Positions 39,830 to 49,900 of a stretch of DNA of 61,419 nucleotides are shown here, in pieces. Within the stretch, counting starts at the first letter, position 1. Each line of letters starts with the position of its first letter. The notes below the pieces were generated by a model. The model was not told the DNA's origin. It was given only the letters and a program-made list of their open reading frames with translations, and did no database searches. This DNA comes from an uncultured Clostridia bacterium (GTDB lineage Bacteria; Bacillota; Clostridia; Christensenellales; UBA1242). The translations under genes and the position numbers were made by a program. Where the stretch lies: contig CANRHL010000003.1 of NCBI GenBank assembly GCA_947630405.1, positions 1-61,419 of the forward strand. Direction: 5' to 3'.

Positions 39830-41854
39830 ATGAAAGATTTTGGCAAAAAAATATTAAAATATGTTTTGGTGGCAATAGGAACTTATTTTGTTTCGGTAAT
39901 TTTAATTTCCTATTTCCAATACCACCGCTTTGCGTTTGATTTGCGCGTTGTAACCAGCTTTTTACCTTACTTCTTTGTGTTTTTGGCAGTTGGCTTTTTG
40001 TTGGTGTTTGAGCTTTTGCGTTATATCGATGGCAAGGGCAAAAACAAGAGCAACAGGGCGGTGGATAAGGTTAAGGACGCCCGCGGTAAAGACACTGAAC
40101 AATTCTTTAACCGTGATTTTGTTACCGACGACGAGTTAAAAAAGAACAAGGCCTTTAATTACAACACCTTGCAATCCATACGCAGTTCAAAGAAAGATGG
40201 CATTTTGGTGCGTGCGGATGAAAAAGCGTTTGGCGGGATGGACATTAACTTTGTTGAGCCAATTCACACTCTTTGCGTTGGTACCACATCGTCCGGTAAA
40301 ACATCAAGGTTTGTTGTGCCAAGTTTGCAGTTGATGAGCATGACGGCATCCAAGCCAAGTTTTGTTATTACCGACCCTAAAGGCGAGTTATATGATAAAT
40401 GTGCGCACAAGTTTGAAAGCGAAGGTTATGATGTTAAAATTTTAAATTTGCGTGAGCCATTTGCCTCTGAGCAATGGAACCCGCTATTATATCCGTTTGA
40501 TATGTACACCCGCAGTTTTAATCTAGATAAAGAGGTTAAAGTGCACCCTGCGGGCGATAATCCAAGGCAATATAACTTGCTTTTGCAACGCAACTTTGAT
40601 TACACCACAAACACTTGGTTTGAGTTTGACGGCAATGCGTATGCTGATAAGCAAAGCCTTGAAAGTGATTTGGCGGTTACGTCAAAAGACCTTTACGATA
40701 AAAGTTTTAATGCGTTAAATGATATTTGTACCACGCTTGCACCTATTGAAAGCAATAAAGACCCAAGCTGGGAAAAAACGGCGCAAAAATTAATTCAAGC
40801 AGTTATGCTTGCCATGCTTGAAGATAGCCGCATACCAGAACTTGGCTTAACAAGGGATAAATATAACCTTTATAATGTTCAAAAAATATGTAACATAACA
40901 GACGGCGGGCGTGACACTTACGCCACACTTAAAAAATACCTTTTCGACTATCGTGATAAATTCAGTAAAGTGCCAGAATTGGCAACCACTGCTCTACAGA
41001 ACGCGGATACAACCACTAAAAACTACATGGGTTTCGTTTCAAGCAAAACCGCAATGTTCAGTGATATGGGTATTAGTTACCTAACCGCTAACACCGCAAT
41101 TGATTTTGTTAATTTGGATGAAAAGCCAACCGCAATTTTCTGTATTATTCCGGATGAAATTAGAACGCGTTATCCACTTGCAATTCTGTTCGTTACACAG
41201 TTGTATAAACGTTTGGTTGATAAAGCTCAAAAGATGGGGGGCCGATTAAAGCGAAATGTTTACTTTATGCTAGATGAATTTGGTAACATGCCTGCCTTCC
41301 CTGAATTTGGCAGCATTATGACGGTTGGTAGGGCGCGTGGTATATTCTTTGAATTGTGCGTGCAATCGTATAGCCAATTATACCAGATTTATGGGCAGGA
41401 CGTTGGCAAGATTATTAAAGATAACTGCCCTATTCAAGTTTACATTGCAACTGAGGATATGACAACCAACAAAGAATTTAGCGAATTGTTAGGCAAAAAG
41501 ACAATTGTTGAAGATAACGAAAACAAGAGCGTTGGTGCAGATGGTAAAGAGAGTAAATCTTATTCAAGTTCAACCAAAACAAGGCCACTTGTTTACCCTG
41601 AAGAACTTATGACCTTTAGAGATCAAAAGAAACTTATTATTAAAACCTTTACTCCTAACGCCTGTTTAAAAACCACCATCACATCAATTTACGAAGCTAA
41701 AAAGTGTTACGATTTAACCCCTATTCATGGCACATATGTTCAAAAACATTTGTTCGATGAAAACGCCATTTATTACGACATTAAAAGGCGTAACCAAATC
41801 GTTGCAAAAACTAGCGGCGATGACGATGATGATGACGATGATGATTTATTCTAA
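39830..41854 (+). CDS. VirD4/TraG-family type IV coupling protein
   Basis: Two N-terminal TM helices; HTLCVGTTSSGKT, ITDPKGELY, WNPL, FMLDEFGN, QSYSQL..IYG, SELLGKKT, RPLVYPEE. Confidence 0.92.
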   Translation: MKDFGKKILKYVLVAIGTYFVSVILISYFQYHRFAFDLRVVTSFLPYFFVFLAVGFLLVFELLRYIDGKGKNKSNRAVDKVKDARGKDTEQFFNRDFVTDDELKKNKAFNYNTLQSIRSSKKDGILVRADEKAFGGMDINFVEPIHTLCVGTTSSGKTSRFVVPSLQLMSMTASKPSFVITDPKGELYDKCAHKFESEGYDVKILNLREPFASEQWNPLLYPFDMYTRSFNLDKEVKVHPAGDNPRQYNLLLQRNFDYTTNTWFEFDGNAYADKQSLESDLAVTSKDLYDKSFNALNDICTTLAPIESNKDPSWEKTAQKLIQAVMLAMLEDSRIPELGLTRDKYNLYNVQKICNITDGGRDTYATLKKYLFDYRDKFSKVPELATTALQNADTTTKNYMGFVSSKTAMFSDMGISYLTANTAIDFVNLDEKPTAIFCIIPDEIRTRYPLAILFVTQLYKRLVDKAQKMGGRLKRNVYFMLDEFGNMPAFPEFGSIMTVGRARGIFFELCVQSYSQLYQIYGQDVGKIIKDNCPIQVYIATEDMTTNKEFSELLGKKTIVEDNENKSVGADGKESKSYSSSTKTRPLVYPEELMTFRDQKKLIIKTFTPNACLKTTITSIYEAKKCYDLTPIHGTYVQKHLFDENAIYYDIKRRNQIVAKTSGDDDDDDDDDLF

Positions 41855-41928
41855 AATTAGGCAAAGTTTAAAATAATTTCACAAATTAAAGAATTAAAAT
41901 TATTAAACAATTGCCTTAAAGAATTAGC

Positions 41929-41955
41929 AAAAAACACCCGTTCGGGTGTTTTTTT
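41929..41955 (+). terminator. Terminator after virD4
   Basis: AAAAAACACCCG-TT-CGGGTGTTTTTT. Confidence 0.8.
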
Positions 41956-41991
41956 ATATCACTATAAACACTATTTATCATTTGAACACCT

Positions 41992-42125
41992 TATGTCATT
42001 TTGAGCAAACACCCTATGTCATTCTGAGCGGAGTGCCAGCGATGTCATACTGAGCAAGGTCGAATGTATCTCGCTGACACGAAGTCGAAGAATCTCTTAG
42101 ATGTTTCGACAGGCTCAACATGACA
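41992..42125. repeat. Nested REP-like palindromic elements
   Basis: Three TGTCATnnTGAGC starts (~41994, 42017, 42043), two GTCGAA...ATCTC halves, closing AGATGTTTCGACAGGCTCAACATGACA. Confidence 0.7.
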
Positions 42126-42220
42126 AATAATGTTGTCGCCCCCCCCCACACACACAAGACGAATGTCGCAGTGGGATAAAATCGGGGCCCCCGCAAGACG
42201 AATGTCGATGTGGTGTTAAC

Positions 42221-42484
42221 TTAGTATTCAATTCCCGTCAATTTAAAATGGCATTGTAAATATTGTTCTTGCACTTCTCTAATGCTCATTGTGGGCAAAA
42301 CATATAAATCCACCCCGTTTAAATCACAAAGCGTTGCACCCATGCTCAATTCGTTGATTTTTAAAAAGGTCAATGCGTCCGGAATTATTTCATTTAAAAT
42401 ATCCCTATCCTTTAAACCCGTCAATTCAAACTCGCCACTCTCTTTCTGCTCCACCCTTAATGATTTAAATTTAAAAACCCTCAT
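42221..42484 (-). CDS. Hypothetical protein
   Basis: 87 aa, RBS GGGGG. Confidence 0.6.
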   Translation of the reverse strand: MRVFKFKSLRVEQKESGEFELTGLKDRDILNEIIPDALTFLKINELSMGATLCDLNGVDLYVLPTMSIREVQEQYLQCHFKLTGIEY

Positions 42485-42804
42485 TTATACCCCCGCGATA
42501 CTTTTTAACTCTCCAAGATTTTAATTTTTAGCAAAATGCTTTCACCCGGTTATTAATTGATAAAATATTTCCACTTTTTTATATTTTCTATTAAATAAAA
42601 ACGCTTTTGCTTGCAACATAAAATTCATTATATTATTAAACTTCAAAAATATTAAAACTAATTATATATTTACTTGTCATAATATGAAATATTTTAAAAT
42701 AAAGTTAAATTTTTATTGAATTTTGCCATTTAATAAAATTTTTCAAAATTTTCTAAATAAATCTATTGACAAAAGCATAATATTATGTTAATATAATAAA
42801 GTAT

Positions 42805-42881
42805 CGCGGGGTAGAGCAGCACGGCAGCTCGTCGGGCTCATAACCCGAAGGTCGTTGGTTCAAATCCAACCCCCGCAACCA
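42805..42881 (+). tRNA. Initiator tRNA-fMet (CAT)
   Basis: C1:A72 mismatch, three G-C pairs in anticodon stem (TCGGG-CTCATAA-CCCGA), CCA end; TTGACA promoter upstream. Confidence 0.97.
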
Positions 42882-42961
42882 GCAAGGCACTTAAAATTGA
42901 GTGCTTTTTTTAGACCTTCGGGTTATATCAGTGAAGTGAAACGGAACGATATAAATAGCGA

Positions 42962-42995
42962 AAGGTCGTTGGTTCAAATCCAGCCCCCGCAACCA
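42962..42995 (+). repeat. Direct repeat of the 3' 34 nt of tRNA-fMet
   Basis: Matches 42848-42881 with one A>G mismatch. Confidence 0.9.
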
Positions 42996-43081
42996 ATCAA
43001 AAAAGACCAAACTAACTATTTTGGTCTTTTTTTATTTTGCTGTGTTAATTGTATGAAACAAAATAATCAAATAGAATGAAA

Positions 43082-43411
43082 TTAGCACAATTTTATTATG
43101 AGTTTAACATTATTATTATCCTGAGATATTTGCACACCTCCTGCTTTGGATACAATGTTAATCATTTTATAGTTAGTTTGCGGCAGCACAAATATTGCCC
43201 CGGGTGTTTTCTCTTTTTTTAAAACTTTAATCAAATTATTAAAAAGTAACTTTCCATATCCGTTTGACTGGTGTTTTTCATCAATATAAATTTCTATAGG
43301 ATTAATTTCTCTATTAAAAACATAACCACACCCAATTGTAATGCCGTCTTTTTTTAATAAATACTTAACAGAATTTTGTTTGTCAGAATTTTTCAATTTT
43401 AATAGTTCCAT
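43082..43411 (-). CDS. Small GNAT family acetyltransferase
   Basis: IYIDEKHQSNGYGKLL acetyl-CoA motif A. Confidence 0.75.
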   Translation of the reverse strand: MELLKLKNSDKQNSVKYLLKKDGITIGCGYVFNREINPIEIYIDEKHQSNGYGKLLFNNLIKVLKKEKTPGAIFVLPQTNYKMINIVSKAGGVQISQDNNNVKLIIKLC

Positions 43412-44256
43412 TCCGCCTCCTTAAAATTATACATATACAAGTAAGTGTCGTAAAACTCTTTGAAACTATCAAACTGTTCATATGCGAGCTTTATTCTTTC
43501 GGCAAGCCTGTGCACATCATCCTCTGTAGAATTTTGTAAAAACCTATCTAACGCTTTATGCATACATTTCAATAGTTCATTGTCTGTTAAATTTTTTTTA
43601 TAATTTGGGTCGTCTGCTTTAATTATGCTAACTTCGTCTAGTACATTATAATTTTCGTCATAAGCGGTTTCTATCACAGTGTTAAAATCACAAGATTGAA
43701 TAATAAATGAGCAGTAAGTTTTAAAATAATCAATCTCACTCACCGCTGCGGGAAAAGTGTATTTCTTTTTTAAATTTGAAATGCCGAGTTTATCATTGGG
43801 GTCCAATTTTAATAATTCTGCCAAATAATGTACCCTCATAACATTAAATCTATGTAGGCCATTGTCTCCAATAACATAGCGGCCTCTGTCCGCTTCTATT
43901 AAGTTTATAGGCTCAATATCAAAACTGCTTTGTAGTTTTTGCATTAATTCACTTGAAGAATAACCAAGCATGGACACAGACCTCGATTGATATCCATATC
44001 CATCTTCATCAAAAAAGTGATCCATTGCGTCAATTAGTTTTAAATCTTCTACATAGGGAAACATATAACCATAATTATATCCCAAAACATCCGCTATAGA
44101 AACCAGCATTTCCCTTTTAAGCGGTTTATTTTTTCGATATTGTTTCACCACCAAATTAATATCGTCCTGCGCCTTTACTTGAACAGATGTTAATTTATCT
44201 AAATTTGCTTCGTCAATACCTAACGATAGTAAAAATTTTTTAATTGTATTATTCAT
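43399..44256 (-). CDS. Hypothetical protein with ParB/sulfiredoxin-like motif
   Basis: EPINLIE...YVIGDNGLHRF resembles the PI.v...(D/N)G.HR motif; start at ATG 44256 after TTGACT-N17-TATCAT. Confidence 0.6.
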   Translation of the reverse strand: MNNTIKKFLLSLGIDEANLDKLTSVQVKAQDDINLVVKQYRKNKPLKREMLVSIADVLGYNYGYMFPYVEDLKLIDAMDHFFDEDGYGYQSRSVSMLGYSSSELMQKLQSSFDIEPINLIEADRGRYVIGDNGLHRFNVMRVHYLAELLKLDPNDKLGISNLKKKYTFPAAVSEIDYFKTYCSFIIQSCDFNTVIETAYDENYNVLDEVSIIKADDPNYKKNLTDNELLKCMHKALDRFLQNSTEDDVHRLAERIKLAYEQFDSFKEFYDTYLYMYNFKEAEWNY

Positions 44257-44417
44257 ATTTATATGATAACTCTTTTTTTCGCATAAGTCAACTATTTCTA
44301 AAAACTGCAAGTGGGCGGTTTTTTCTTTAAATTTTAAAAATTTTTTAAATTTTGTTAACTTTTTAAAAAATAGTGTTATAATTAATGCGAACATTTAAAA
44401 AATAAAAAGGAGCAAAT

Positions 44418-45677
44418 ATGAAAGAATTTAAAACCATTCCTATAACGCTTGTAACCGGTTATCTTGGCAGTGGCAAAACTACCCTACTTAACCACATTTT
44501 ATCTAACACCAAGGGTTACAAAGTGGCGGTTATTGTTAACGACATTGGCGAAGTTAACATTGATGCCGATTTAATTGAAAAAGGCGGTGTTGTAAACAAA
44601 AAAGAAGAAAGCCTTGTTGCCCTTCAAAACGGTTGCATTTGCTGCACCCTTAGAAAGGACCTTATTGAGCAACTTCATGACATTATTAAGCAGCGTAAAT
44701 TTGACCATATCATTATTGAAGCAAGCGGCATTTGTGAGCCTATTCCTATTGCGCAAACAATCAACTTTTTAACCGAAAGTTTCAAGCAAAAAGGCATGCC
44801 AATTTATTGCAAACTTGATGCAATAATCAGTGTGGTTGACACTCTTAGAATGGTGCAAGAATTTGGCTGTGGCGACGAATTAATTAAAAAGGATATTGAA
44901 GAAGACGATATTGAAAATTTGGTTATTCAACAAATTGAGTTTTGCGATATTTTAATTATGAACAAAGTAAGCGAAGTAAGCAAGGACGAATTAAAACGCG
45001 TTAAACGCATAATTAAAAACTTGCAGCCAAAAGCCAAACTTATTGAAGCGGACTACTCTAACGTTGATTTAAAAGATGTGCTGGACACTAACCTTTTTGA
45101 TATGGAAAATGTGCTAACTTCTGCCGGCTGGTTTCAAGAAATTGACAAAGATATAAACGAAAGCCACGATAATTTTGACGATGATGACGATGAAGATGAC
45201 GACGAACACGAGCATGAGCATGAGCACGACCACCACGATCATGAACACGAGCATGAACATGAACACGGCCATCACGAACATCACCATCACCATGACCACG
45301 AAGGTGGCGAAACTGAAGAATATGGTATTGGCACATTCGTGTATTTCCGCCGCCGCCCTTTTGATAGGCTAAAATTTGAAGATTGGGCAAGCAAGGATTA
45401 CGGCAAAGAGATAATCCGCACAAAAGGGCTTGTATATTTCAGCAATGATAAAAACATGAGTTACATTTACGAGCAAGCAGGCAGGCAAAAAGTGCTTAAC
45501 GAAAATGGCCCATGGTATGCTACTCTTCCAAAATATCAAATTGAACAACTATTGTTAAACGACGAAAAATTTCGCCACGATTGGGACGAAACTTACGGCG
45601 ATAGAATGATCAAATTAGTTTTCATAGGCCAACACATAAACAGAGCAAAAATAACCGAAGAGTTAGATAAAATTTAG
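44418..45677 (+). CDS. COG0523/CobW family GTPase (putative zinc metallochaperone)
   Basis: TGYLGSGKTT, NGCICC, IEASG, NKVS, His/acidic tract, CobW_C domain. Confidence 0.92.
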   Translation: MKEFKTIPITLVTGYLGSGKTTLLNHILSNTKGYKVAVIVNDIGEVNIDADLIEKGGVVNKKEESLVALQNGCICCTLRKDLIEQLHDIIKQRKFDHIIIEASGICEPIPIAQTINFLTESFKQKGMPIYCKLDAIISVVDTLRMVQEFGCGDELIKKDIEEDDIENLVIQQIEFCDILIMNKVSEVSKDELKRVKRIIKNLQPKAKLIEADYSNVDLKDVLDTNLFDMENVLTSAGWFQEIDKDINESHDNFDDDDDEDDDEHEHEHEHDHHDHEHEHEHEHGHHEHHHHHDHEGGETEEYGIGTFVYFRRRPFDRLKFEDWASKDYGKEIIRTKGLVYFSNDKNMSYIYEQAGRQKVLNENGPWYATLPKYQIEQLLLNDEKFRHDWDETYGDRMIKLVFIGQHINRAKITEELDKI

Positions 45678-45725
45678 GTGTCGCTGACACCTTTTTTATT
45701 TGCATTTTAAAACAAAAAACGGAGT

Positions 45726-46343
45726 TTAAACTCCGTCTTGCACAATGGTTGATAACTCGCGTTTTAACGCATCTAAACGCTTGTCAATTTCCGCCCATTT
45801 TTCATTGCCTTCAATATAATATGTTTCGTCAGAACCAAGTACAACTGAGCGATCAGAAATTGCTAATACTTCGTTTGAAATATCTTCACAAATAATGTAT
45901 ATATTAGCATTTTGCGGATTGTTTAATTTTTTTGCAACCAACTCTATGTATTTTAAAAATTTCTTTTTGTCATCATTAAACCACCATAACAAAAATTCTT
46001 CTCGTTCAAGTTGCTTAACTTCTGGTGAATTGTCCTTATTTTTTTCTGCTATTTTTAAGGCTTTTTCTGCGGTTTCAAGCCTTAATGTAACATCATGTTT
46101 TAACATAAACTCCAAAAAGTTAATGGCTATATTGCACACTTCCACATCATCTAGAGTGTAAAAATATTCGCCATGAAAACGCTTTTTAAATGCTTTATCA
46201 CTTTTGCCTGTTATAGTTGTGAAAAGTTCTATTCTGTTTCTATAATCGTGGTCGTAATCAGCGACAAGTTGAAAATATAATTCCTTTATTGAAGTTGCAA
46301 TTAAAACCGAATTTGGCACTTGAGTTATATCAAAATTTTCCAT
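45726..46343 (-). CDS. Hypothetical protein
   Basis: RBS GGAGG, TTGACA/TATAAT promoter. Confidence 0.75.
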   Translation of the reverse strand: MENFDITQVPNSVLIATSIKELYFQLVADYDHDYRNRIELFTTITGKSDKAFKKRFHGEYFYTLDDVEVCNIAINFLEFMLKHDVTLRLETAEKALKIAEKNKDNSPEVKQLEREEFLLWWFNDDKKKFLKYIELVAKKLNNPQNANIYIICEDISNEVLAISDRSVVLGSDETYYIEGNEKWAEIDKRLDALKRELSTIVQDGV

Positions 46344-46464
46344 ATTTCCTCCAAAACTAATTTAATTATAACATAAAATATAAATTTGTCAATAGGGTTT
46401 TAAAATTTTTGTAAAAATTGAGAATTTATATTGAAAATTAATTTAATTATGTTATAATAGCGGT

Positions 46465-46995
46465 ATGAAAATTATTGTTGGACTAGGCAATCCAGATGGT
46501 AAATATAAAAACACTTACCACAATGTAGGCTTTAATGTGGTGGATTTTTTTGCAAAGCAGCACGGACTTAAATTTAGCGTTAAAAAATGCAAGGCGCTTA
46601 TTGCCGTTGGCAGTGATTTTGTGCTTGCAAAGCCACAAACTTACATGAATTTAAGTGGCGATAGCGTTTATGAACTTAAAAAATATTATAAATCTAGCCT
46701 AGACGAAATTTTAATTGTGCTAGACGATATAGACCAGCCAAAAGGCAAGGTGCGTTTTAGGCTATTTGGTTCAGCCGGCACGCACAATGGTTTGCGCGAT
46801 ATTGTGAACAAAGTTGGCATTACTCCACGCTTGCGCGTTGGCATAGGGCGAGATGTTAATTTGGATTTAAAAGACTATGTGCTTTCCACTATTGATGAAA
46901 ATAGTAAAGAAATTTTGGCGGTTTCAACCAAAAACGCATGCGAACTTATTGAAAAATTTATTGCGGGTGAATTATGTCAGGATATAACAGTTTAA
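46465..46995 (+). CDS. pth: Peptidyl-tRNA hydrolase
   Basis: IVGLGNP, HNVGF, KPQTYMNLSG, GTHNGL, RLRVGIG. Confidence 0.96.
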   Translation: MKIIVGLGNPDGKYKNTYHNVGFNVVDFFAKQHGLKFSVKKCKALIAVGSDFVLAKPQTYMNLSGDSVYELKKYYKSSLDEILIVLDDIDQPKGKVRFRLFGSAGTHNGLRDIVNKVGITPRLRVGIGRDVNLDLKDYVLSTIDENSKEILAVSTKNACELIEKFIAGELCQDITV

Positions 46996-49900
46996 TAGAA
47001 AATATTTTTACTCGCCCTATTTTTGCAAGCAATGTAGGAGTTGGTGAAGCCGGCTCAATTTTAGCAAAATTAGATAGCGGCGTTTTAATTTGCCCGAACA
47101 GCGACACAGCAAACAAATTTAAACGCCAACTTGACGCGCTTAATAAAGAAAATGTTTTAATAGATAATTTTTCAAAGCCCTTTACCCTTGCAAAATTTCA
47201 AAGCGATGATAATAAATATGATTTAATAAAGGCTCAATTTAGTTTAACATTTTCAAAAAGCATAATTTTAACAACACCCGAAATTTTGTACACGCCGATA
47301 ATTGATTTAGAGTTATTTAAAGAAAATGTTATTGAAATAAATAAAAAAGACGAAATTGACATAATTGAGTTAGAAAAAAAATTAGTTAATTTAGGTTACA
47401 CAAAAGTTGATAGTGTAAAAACTAAAGGTGAATTTGCCCGCCGCGGCGATATAATTGACATATTTAATTCGGTTGACGAAGCGCCAACAAGGTTGGACTT
47501 TTTTGACACAATTTTGGACGACATATATGAATTTGATTTTTTAACTTTTGAAAAATTAAATAAAAAAAATAATATAAAAATTGCGCCGAATAAATTAAAT
47601 TTATTAAAAAATGATGAAAAAATTAAAATTTTATCAAAAATAAACGATTTAAAAACGGAAAATAATATTTTTTTTGATATTTACAATTTAGTTGAACGCG
47701 ACGAGGATTTGCCGCTCGAATTTCTGCTGCCCTTTTCTAGTTCAATCAAAATGTTTTGCGAAATTGATGTGCCAATAATGTTTTATGAATATTTTTTGTG
47801 CGAACAAAGAATAAATAAAAATTATGAGAGCATTTTTGAATATATAGAAAATGTTTTTAAACAAAAAAATTTAATAAAAATTTATGAAAATTGCAAAAAA
47901 TACTTAAAAATAGACGATTTTTTAAATAAATTTAATAAAAAATTAATATTTTTTGAAAATTTAGATATTGAAAAGACTGAATTAAAAAATAAAATAAATA
48001 ATTATTTGCCACTAAATTTTCACACAGTTAACTTCTCAAATTTCTTAAATAATCTTGTTGCATTAAAAAAAGAACTCACCTCATATAAAGACAAAAGAAT
48101 TTATTTGTGCCTCTCTAATGCTGAGATATTAAACGCAATTAAAAAAATATTTTTTAAATTAAATATTAATTTTTCATTAAACAAAAATAGCAAAGGGATT
48201 ATTTTAACCGAATTAAATATTCCTTATAATATTTGTTTTGCAGACGAAAATGTTTTTTACATTGGCTCAACCAATTTTGCGCATAAAAAAGAAATTAAAA
48301 AAGTAAATAAAAACACAATTAAATATTTGCCAAAGGCGGGCGAATATGTTGTGCACAATGTTCATGGCATTGGCAAGTGTGATGGCCTTGTTACAATGAA
48401 CGTTCAAGGCGTGGATAAAGAATTTTTCAAGATAAGTTATTTAAAAGGCGATTGTCTTTATGTGCCATATGAAAACGCTGATGCCCTTTCGCTTTATATG
48501 GCGGACGACAACTCAACAGTTAGGTTAAACAAACTTGGTGGCAAAGAATTTGCAAGCATGAAACTTAAAGCGATAAAAAGCATTGAAGACATGAGCAAAG
48601 AGTTAATTGAACTTTATGCCAAGCGCAAAAAAGAAAAAGGCTTTAAGTACGATGAGGACGATTATTTATATTTAGAATTTGAATCTGCCTTTGAATATGA
48701 AGAAACCGCCGACCAACTTCAAGCAATTGCCGATGTTAAACGCGATATGATATCGGGCAAGGTTATGGATAGGCTTATTTGCGGAGATGTTGGCTTTGGC
48801 AAAACCGAAGTGGCAATGCGTGCGCTATTTAAAGTGGTTGAAGCCGGCAAACAAGTGGCAATTCTTGCGCCAACCACAGTGCTAAGCCTTCAACACTACC
48901 AAAATGTTAAAAATAGGTGCGAAAAATTTGGCGTATCGGTTGAAATGCTAAACCGCTTTAGAACAACCAAACAACAAAAAGAAATTCTTAGCAATTTAAG
49001 TTCGGGCAAATTAAATGTGGTTTGCGGCACTCACCGCCTACTTTCAAACGATGTTAAATTTGCCGATTTGGGCTTACTCATTTTAGACGAAGAGCAGCGC
49101 TTTGGCGTTAAAGCAAAGGAACAAATTAAGCAAATGAAATTAAATGTAGATGTTTTGTCCCTTTCCGCCACCCCAATTCCGCGCACACTTTCCATGAGTT
49201 TAATGAACATAAGGGATATAAGCATAATTAACACCCCGCCCGTCAACCGCTTACCTATAAAAACCTATGTTTTGGCGTATAATGATGAAATTGTTTCAAG
49301 CGCAATTAACGACGAAATCAACCGCGGAGGGCAGGTGCTAGTCGTCTATAACAACATCGATAAAATTTACGCGTTTAAAGAAAATTTGCGCCGCATCGTA
49401 AACAACGAAAACGCGCATTTTGATGTCGCTCACGGGCAGATGCCAGAGCATGAACTTGAAAAAGCGGTTGAGCGCCTATACAATAAAGAAACCAACGTGT
49501 TTGTTTCCACCACGCTAATAGAAAATGGAATTGACCTACCAAAAGCCAACACCTTAATTGTGGTTGAAAGCGACCGGCTTGGCCTAAGCCAGATGTATCA
49601 GTTGCGCGGCCGCGTTGGGCGAAGTAACGAACAAGCATATGCCTACTTTACTTATGCAAAAAATAAGGTGCTTACAGAAGAAGCGTCCAGCCGCCTACAA
49701 GCGATTGCCGAAAACACCGAACTTGGCAGCGGCTTTAAAATTGCCATGCGCGATTTACAAATTCGCGGTGCGGGCGAACTTTTAGGCAAAGTTCAGCACG
49801 GGCACATTGTAAAAATCGGCTACGATATGTATCTGCGCTTACTCAACGAAACCATACGCCGTTTGTCTGGCGAAAAGGTGGAAATTGAGCGTGAAATTAA

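Noticed and set aside
42014-42196. 60-aa ORF (VMLSLSKHLRDSST)
   Set aside because: Translation of REP-like palindromes
22036-42804. A single tRNA-bounded ICE containing the defence block and T4SS
   Set aside because: No second copy of the tRNA-Arg 3' end found by eye, no integrase, and the tRNA-fMet duplication lies on the far side from the T4SS
42855-43079. 74-aa ORF with repeated VQIQPPQP
   Set aside because: Translation of the tRNA 3' end and its duplicate
45088-45423. Repetitive ORFs (MVMVMV, MTMMTM, VHVHAR)
   Set aside because: Alternate-frame readings of the His/Asp tract of the GTPase
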